Source of the DNA: Thermoproteota archaeon
Lineage (GTDB): Archaea > Thermoproteota > Methanomethylicia > Culexarchaeales > Culexarchaeaceae
DNA: 64,000 nt
NCBI GenBank assembly: GCA_020833005.1
Contig: JAJHRD010000001.1
Location: 71,423 to 135,422 of the forward strand
Reading direction: 5' to 3'
Shown here: one piece after another, positions 59,821-64,000 of the stretch
Numbering within the stretch: the first letter of the stretch is position 1
Layout: each line of letters begins with the position of its first letter
Program-made: the position numbers and the translations under genes
Notes under the pieces: model-generated
What the model saw: the letters and a program-made list of their open reading frames with translations, nothing else
What the model was told of the DNA's origin: nothing
The model's database searches: none

Positions 59821-60381
59821 TTAAAATCTTTCAGTTTTATGAATGTCATTAGATAATTTAATGACACGTTTACCCTTTTCAGAGGGGATTATTTTAATTT
59901 TTGCATTTTCAAAGCTACTATGGAAAACCCATCCATCCAATAACTCCAATAGAAAAACTGCTAATGCAGCAACTTCAGAGTGCGGTTGATTCCCAATAGC
60001 GACATTCCAATCAGCTATCTCGTAATAGAACCTTGGAACCTTTTCTGCTCCAACTATAACGAGTTTATTTTTTTGACTCCTCTTAATATCATTTACCACC
60101 GAGGGAAGGTTTATACCATACATTGTTAAATGAATTATCTCACCTCCACCATCTTTCCACTTAATACAGTAATCATATGGATCTTCTGTGAAACTTATGT
60201 AAAATGGGCCTCCCCAATTTCTGCAAACCGCCAACAATGAAGAAGCCACTTTTTCATCGCGACAATCAAGTATTATCCCTCTAGCCCCAAAAGCTCTAGC
60301 CACTAAACCCACATGTGTAGTAACGCGCTTATCTCTAGCAGGCCTATGACCTATTCTTAAAACGTACACTTCAAAAGTCAA
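59821..60381 (-). CDS. trm56: tRNA (cytidine56-2'-O)-methyltransferase aTrm56 (SPOUT)
   Basis: VLRIGHRPARDKRVTTHVGLVARAFGA N-terminal SPOUT signature; 186 aa. Confidence 0.75.
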   Translation of the reverse strand: MTFEVYVLRIGHRPARDKRVTTHVGLVARAFGARGIILDCRDEKVASSLLAVCRNWGGPFYISFTEDPYDYCIKWKDGGGEIIHLTMYGINLPSVVNDIKRSQKNKLVIVGAEKVPRFYYEIADWNVAIGNQPHSEVAALAVFLLELLDGWVFHSSFENAKIKIIPSEKGKRVIKLSNDIHKTERF

Positions 60382-60485
60382 TGCAAGTGCACCCTCAAAA
60401 GTAGTAGGAAGATGTGACGTTATAAATATATATTACCCTCCAATACCAACTTATTATTAAAAATAAATGGCAGTAAAGATAATGT

Positions 60486-61574
60486 ATGAGAGCAATCATT
60501 ATTGAAGTACAAACGGAAAAATTTGAAAAGACAAAAATTCAGGAGTTAAAGGGACTTGCTAAAAGTGCTGGATATGATGTTGTGAAGGAAATTGTACAGA
60601 AAAGGACCAAACCAGATCCAACCTACTTAATTGGAGAAGGAAAATTGAAGGAATTAAAGAGTTTTATAGAAAAAGAGAGTATTGACACAATAATATTTTC
60701 AAATAATTTAAAAGCCAGCCAAGCATTTAGGATAAGAAGAGAAGTAGGTTGGAATATTGATGTTATTGACAGAAACATATTAATCTTAAAAATATTTGAA
60801 GAAAGAAGCCGAACAGCTGAAGCAAAAATGCAAATAGAGTTAGCAAGATTACATTACATGCTTCCATGGGTTAGGGAATACTTGAGATTTAGAGATTTAT
60901 ATGGAGAGCAAGTTGGATGGGGAGCCTTAGGTGAATACCTTCATAAGGTATATGAACAACACATAACGAAAAGAATGAAGCTCCTTGAGAGAAAACTTGA
61001 AAAGGTTAGAATGAGAAACTTTGAAAGAATAATTAAAAGGAGAGAGTATGGATTACCGGAAGTAGTATTAACTGGATACACGCAAGCAGGAAAAACAGAG
61101 CTCTTTAATAAATTGACACACGAAACAAAACCCGTGGGTCTTGGACCTTTCACTACACTTTCAACATACTCCAGGAGACTGAGCGCATTGAATAATGATA
61201 TAATAATAGTGGACTCGATAGGATTTATAGAAGACATGCATCCAATAATATTGAACGCGTTCTACACAACACTAAATGAGCTGTCGTTATCAGATTTAAT
61301 AGTGTTGGTAGTAGATGGGTCTGACGAAATAAGTGAAATGAGGAGGAAGATTGACTCTTCATATGAAATAATAAGTAAAATTGCACCAAGTGTGGAATTA
61401 GTAATTGCGTTGAATAAAATAGATCTAGTGAAAAATGAAGATGTTGAGAGAGCTATTAAAGTTGTTAAGGAAGTATTCCCCTATACAGACATTATACCGA
61501 TAAGCGCAAAAAAAGGCATAAATCTGAACACTCTTGTTGAAAAAATTATTGAAAAAGTAGAAAGAGTGATCTAG
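60486..61574 (+). CDS. hflX: GTPase HflX
   Basis: HflX N-domain; G-domain LTGYTQAGKTELFN, VDSIGF, NKID. Confidence 0.85.
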   Translation: MRAIIIEVQTEKFEKTKIQELKGLAKSAGYDVVKEIVQKRTKPDPTYLIGEGKLKELKSFIEKESIDTIIFSNNLKASQAFRIRREVGWNIDVIDRNILILKIFEERSRTAEAKMQIELARLHYMLPWVREYLRFRDLYGEQVGWGALGEYLHKVYEQHITKRMKLLERKLEKVRMRNFERIIKRREYGLPEVVLTGYTQAGKTELFNKLTHETKPVGLGPFTTLSTYSRRLSALNNDIIIVDSIGFIEDMHPIILNAFYTTLNELSLSDLIVLVVDGSDEISEMRRKIDSSYEIISKIAPSVELVIALNKIDLVKNEDVERAIKVVKEVFPYTDIIPISAKKGINLNTLVEKIIEKVERVI

Positions 61575-61601
61575 AAAATAGTTTAAGCATGCTTAAAATT
61601 G

Positions 61602-62129
61602 TTAACCATGCTTTTTGATTTTCACAGAATCATTTTTGTCCTTAAACTTTATTTCTGCAACATCACCTAAAGTAATATCAACTTCACTTTTATCATAAGT
61701 TGATAGATTATCAAGAACTCTTATTTGCGGTTCCAACAACTTTATATCCAAAACGTTTTCCAATCTTTTAGCTAAATTTATTGATGGAATTAATTTACCA
61801 CTTTCAATTTTTTTGATGACAGAAACTTTTTCTTTAACTTGCTCAGCAAGTATCTCTGCAGTCCAACCCATGTTTTCCCTAGCCTCCTTAATTCTTTTTG
61901 CATAATCGGGAACAACATCATATTCGACGTCTTTACCAAAAGTTTTGGGCAGCTTTTGAAGTAAAGGCTTACCGCCTTTCACAATAGCCGAGGAGGATTT
62001 CTTATTAAATGAGGGAGGTACAGGAGATCCATATTTACTGCATTTATCACACACCGTTAAAATTGCACCAGATACGAAGATCTTTTTACCTTCCCCTTTA
62101 AGTTTCTCCCCGCATATATCACATGACAT
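61602..62129 (-). CDS. mbf1: multiprotein bridging factor 1-like (zinc ribbon + XRE-type HTH)
   Basis: From M15: MSCDICGEK...CDKCSKYG zinc ribbon; [21 protein letters not shown]. Confidence 0.65.
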   Translation of the reverse strand: MSCDICGEKLKGEGKKIFVSGAILTVCDKCSKYGSPVPPSFNKKSSSAIVKGGKPLLQKLPKTFGKDVEYDVVPDYAKRIKEARENMGWTAEILAEQVKEKVSVIKKIESGKLIPSINLAKRLENVLDIKLLEPQIRVLDNLSTYDKSEVDITLGDVAEIKFKDKNDSVKIKKHG

Positions 62130-62251
62130 GTATACCCAAACATTATTTATTTGAATACATACATAAATCATTTCATTTAAGTTTACTTCGAAGACTTCAT
62201 GTAAGCGAAATTTTAATCTTACACGAAGTATTAATAAGAAACAGATGTTTT

Positions 62252-63445
62252 ATGGCATTTAAATCGCACAGTGAAAACAATAATCTAAAAAGCTATGAGA
62301 ATCAATCAGGATATCAAGCATACTTAGAAAAAAGATTGTTTGAAATAGAGTGTGAATTAAAAAATTTGAGCATGGAAAAGGAAAGACTTTTAGAGGAAAT
62401 AGCTTATTTAAGAAGTGAGTTAGAGAAGACGAGGATGCCACCATTAATAGAGGCTTACGTTATAGATGTTTTAAATGATGGAAGAGTAGTTGTAAAGAGC
62501 TCAACAGGACCTAATTTAGTTGTGCAAGTTTCGAGCAACATAGACCTAAGTAAGCTAAGACCATACACTAGGGTAGCTTTAAGCCAGAAAAATTTTGCCA
62601 TCGTGGAAATACTACCGCAAATTGAGGATCCATATGTACAGGTTATGGAGGTCATCGAAAAACCAAATGTTACATATGATGATATTGGAGGTCTTGAATC
62701 ACAAAAACAAGAGATAAGGGAGGTCGTGGAATTACCTCTTAAACACCCAGAATTATTTGAAAGAATAGGGGTTACCCCTCCGAAGGGGGTTTTATTGTAC
62801 GGGCCTCCAGGATGTGGAAAAACATTACTTGCAAAAGCGGTAGCGCATGAAACAAATGCAACGTTTATAAGGACTGTGGGCTCGGAGCTTGTAAGGAAGT
62901 ATATAGGTGAAGGTGCTCGAATAGTCAAAGAATTATTTGCGCTTGCTAGAAGGAAGGCTCCAAGCATAATATTCATCGACGAAATCGATGCAATAGGAGC
63001 GAAAAGGTTAGAAGATGCTACAAGTGGTGAAAGGGAAGTTCATAGAACATTAGCACAACTTTTATATGAATTAGATGGATTTAACCCAAGAGAAAATATA
63101 AGGGTTATCGCTGCTACAAATAGAATCGATATAATTGACGAAGCACTTTTAAGGCCTGGAAGATTTGACAGGATAATATATATACCCCTACCAAATGAGA
63201 AAGAGAGAGAACATATTTTCAAGGTGCATGCAAAGAAACTTCTACTGGATGAGGGAGTATCGTTTAAATTACTTGCTAAAGAAACGGAAGGTATGAGTGG
63301 CGCTGATATTATGAAAATATGTGTAGAAGCAGGAATGAATGCCATAAGAAGGAGGGGGGATAAAGTAACGATGATGGATTTCATGGAAGCTATAAAGAAA
63401 ATTAATAAAAAAGCTAAAGAATCAGCAATGACTATATACCGTTGA
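62252..63445 (+). CDS. pan: proteasome-activating nucleotidase PAN (AAA+ ATPase)
   Basis: N-terminal coiled coil; Walker A GPPGCGKT; Walker [10 protein letters not shown]. Start set at ATG 62252, not track start 62123. Confidence 0.85.
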   Translation: MAFKSHSENNNLKSYENQSGYQAYLEKRLFEIECELKNLSMEKERLLEEIAYLRSELEKTRMPPLIEAYVIDVLNDGRVVVKSSTGPNLVVQVSSNIDLSKLRPYTRVALSQKNFAIVEILPQIEDPYVQVMEVIEKPNVTYDDIGGLESQKQEIREVVELPLKHPELFERIGVTPPKGVLLYGPPGCGKTLLAKAVAHETNATFIRTVGSELVRKYIGEGARIVKELFALARRKAPSIIFIDEIDAIGAKRLEDATSGEREVHRTLAQLLYELDGFNPRENIRVIAATNRIDIIDEALLRPGRFDRIIYIPLPNEKEREHIFKVHAKKLLLDEGVSFKLLAKETEGMSGADIMKICVEAGMNAIRRRGDKVTMMDFMEAIKKINKKAKESAMTIYR

Positions 63446-63451
63446 AAGAAT

Positions 63452-63946
63452 ATGAGTAAAACATCAGGGAAAGCTTTTCACAGCTATGATAAGTATGTTT
63501 TAAGAAAAATGGCCGATTATCAGTTCGGGGAAGGTATAGGATCTATTCTCATCCCAGACGATATAATTATCGAGAAATCTAAAAAAACGGGCAAAATAAG
63601 AAGAATAATATTAAACGGTAAAGTTATTGCAACTATCAGAGCTCGCGATGGATTAATTGCGCTAACGATTTATGGAGCAGAAATCATAAGAAGTAAGACT
63701 TGCCCTCCAAAGATGAGGGTTGTAGTAATGAATGAGGTAGCAGACATGATAAAAGAAGGAAGAAACGTTTTTGCAAAACACGTAAAAAAGGCAGACCCAG
63801 AAATTCGTCCTGGGGAAGAAGTAATCGTAGTCAATGAGAATGATGAGTTACTTGCTGTTGGGAAAGCATTATTAAATGGTGAAGAAATGACTTTATTTAG
63901 AAGTGGAGTAGCTGTAAAAGTGAGAAGTGGGGTGAAAGAAAAATGA
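63452..63946 (+). CDS. PUA-domain RNA-binding protein
   Basis: C-terminal PUA-like IRPGEEVIVVNENDELLAVGKALLNGEEM; 164 aa. Confidence 0.5.
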   Translation: MSKTSGKAFHSYDKYVLRKMADYQFGEGIGSILIPDDIIIEKSKKTGKIRRIILNGKVIATIRARDGLIALTIYGAEIIRSKTCPPKMRVVVMNEVADMIKEGRNVFAKHVKKADPEIRPGEEVIVVNENDELLAVGKALLNGEEMTLFRSGVAVKVRSGVKEK

Positions 63947-64000
63947 GGAAAATGTCTCCTCGAGATATGAGGAGGATAATGCAGAAAATGGGTATGGAGA

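Noticed and set aside
1-64000. CRISPR arrays, IS elements/transposases, integrases, toxin-antitoxin or restriction-modification genes
   Set aside because: No direct-repeat/spacer periodicity, no DDE/integrase-like ORFs and no defence-type domains were seen. The window is core-genome in character.

Overview
Compact, AT-rich (about 35% GC) crenarchaeal/TACK-type chromosome segment. It is almost entirely conserved information-processing genes, mostly on the minus strand. Main blocks, in order: RNase Z (partial), tRNA methyltransferase and PRPP synthetase; Pelota and EF-2; 2-oxoacid:ferredoxin oxidoreductase korABC; an ECF transporter module; the archaeal exosome/proteasome/RNase P superoperon (pfdB, pcc1, brix, L37ae, rrp42/41/4, SBDS, psmA, pop5, rpp30, L15e); S3Ae, S15, Ham1 and Bud32-Kae1; the S24e...L7Ae translation/transcription cluster (DUF359, spt4, rpoE, PIN, aIF2gamma, S6e, aIF5B, ndk, L24e, S28e, L7Ae); gltX; an isoprenoid cluster (GGPPS, IDI2, IPK, MVK, Memo-like); the S2-eno-rpoN-S9-L13-L18e-rpoD-S11-S4-S13 block; TFE, Trm56, HflX, MBF1 and PAN. 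Two tRNAs are present. No CRISPR array, mobile element, rRNA or obvious defence island was seen. The main second-look items are: (1) a textbook box C/D sRNA at 7196-7251 whose D' guide is 9-nt complementary to the anticodon loop of the tRNA-Val in this window, putting the N+5 site on wobble U34; (2) tRNA-Gly(GCC) with a ~18-23 nt insertion (non-canonical intron) in the variable region; (3) a GC-rich palindromic island downstream of pop5, an H/ACA-like sRNA candidate; (4) an apparent +1 frame break in a G6 run at the start of an OLA1/YchF-like GTPase; (5) uncharacterised islands: an EndoIV-like TIM barrel with a Cys-rich neighbour and two unknown genes, a B12-radical-SAM gene with a small partner, a duplicated-wHTH regulator, and two Pcc1-like small proteins.
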